DNA of 20,000 bases from positions 113,758 to 133,757 of the forward strand of contig MU006002.1 in the NCBI GenBank assembly GCA_010093745.1, given 5' to 3'. Positions 18,955 through 20,000 of the stretch are shown in pieces. Every line of letters begins with the position of its first letter. Position 1 is the first letter of the stretch. The position numbers and the translations under genes are program-made. Source of the DNA: Piedraia hortae CBS 480.64. Taxonomy: Eukaryota. A model generated the notes under the pieces. The model was not told the origin of the DNA. It ran no database searches and saw only the letters and a list, made by a program, of their open reading frames with translations.

Positions 18955-19829
18955 CTAGAATATTAATCCCAACCTCGTCTTCTCCAAGGCACAGCCATTG
19001 ATAATACCATCTACAGGTTTTTTGATCACCCTTCTTGGGCGGCTCTTCTTCTGGGCTAAAGGCCTTAGTCGCGCGGACAATGTCATGCTTCCTCTTGGAT
19101 TGTGCAGCGTTATACCCAAAGCTGGATGCCCGAAATGTGCCAGTTTGACACTACCCAAACACTGTAGCAGAAAAAATCCATCGTAGAGATTCCTCACCTT
19201 GTCCCAACTGTCCAGAGTTTTGTTGCTTCGCACTAAGGTTCTTGTCTGGAGGCATAGGTTGACGAAGATTTCTGCAGCCTCAGGGTTAGTGAAGAATATA
19301 GGGACTGCTGAACAGTAAACTTACCTTTGAGGAACTACTTGCCGTACCAACTGGTATGCGCCAAGTCGAGGCTCTGCTTCGTATATTTGAAGCACCAACA
19401 ACAGTTGTGCTTTTGGAACAATGATGCCGCCTCGGCCTTGAAGGTCCGATCTTCCTCTTCGCCTGTAATCTTCAAGACAGGATCTTCTTCCAGCAATCCT
19501 CCCCAATTTGACCACACCCATCGACAGAATCGCTGCATATCATCTCTGACCATGTCGGTTTGCAGGCGGTTTTGTTCCCGCTCCTGGGTCCTAATATTCA
19601 TGTCCTCTATGGCCACATCGTCTGCGTGGCGCAGCTCCATGAGCTGTCACAATGCCTGCGACAACTCAAGGTTTGCGGGCTCGCTGCCCGTCCTTAGCTG
19701 GTCATCCATGTCCTTTTGCTCTGCAACCAGAGCTTCCACGACTTTATGGATATTCGGCGCAGAGCACTCGCGAAAATTCCCAAGGTCTTGGGGAACACAC
19801 GTGTATCGAGCAGCAATACCTTTGTCCAT
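18955..19829 (-). pseudogene. Interrupted spliced orphan gene (probable pseudogene)
   Basis: ORFs 19829-19647 and 19640-19335 are in the same frame, separated by one TGA. After TAG 19337-19335, a canonical intron AG|GTAAGT..CACTAAC..CAG (19324-19272, 53 nt) splices in frame into ORF 19233-18955. No homolog recognised. Confidence 0.5.
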
Positions 19830-20000
19830 TTTAAAGTCTCAATTTTGGATAAATTTATTGATCATTTGTAGTGTGATGCGAAAGCCTAAATTTTGCCCTG
19901 TTGCTTTGACGCAGGAGCACACAACATCTCAGCTAGGGAAAACAGAGATATACGTGCCTATTATAATTGTGAGCAGATGTGTACCTGCATACAAATCTCT

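Noticed and set aside
15300..20000. Transposon, RIP-degraded element, tRNA/rRNA or CRISPR-like array
   Set aside because: No transposase/RT/integrase motifs, LTRs or long TIRs seen; not strongly AT-rich; no cloverleaf or regularly spaced repeats.

Overview
Eukaryotic DNA from a gene-dense filamentous ascomycete (Dothideomycete-like by protein similarity; this assignment is an inference), with short intergenic spacers and mostly 42-53 nt introns. Bases 1-15,300 hold seven conserved genes: the 5' part of a PAS-domain hybrid histidine kinase (group V/HHK2-like, -, runs off the left edge), intronless hymA/Mo25 (-), a RED_N-domain protein (+), a Zn(II)2Cys6 transcription factor (-, 2 exons, 66-N assembly gap in the intron), formamidase fmdS (-, 4 exons), usgS-type membrane protein (-, 2 exons) and an Inp1-like peroxisome-inheritance protein (+). 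The usgS->fmdS tandem, 161 bp apart with GATA sites between, matches the arrangement known for transcriptional interference in Aspergillus nidulans. In bases 15,300-20,000 I recognise no conserved gene. That stretch does contain a chain of minus-strand reading-frame pieces with a canonical intron, in-frame stops and probable frameshifts, i.e. an orphan gene or pseudogene. No rRNA, tRNA, CRISPR array or recognisable transposon was seen. I cannot support a claim of a wholly new biological system; the best leads are regulatory and structural.
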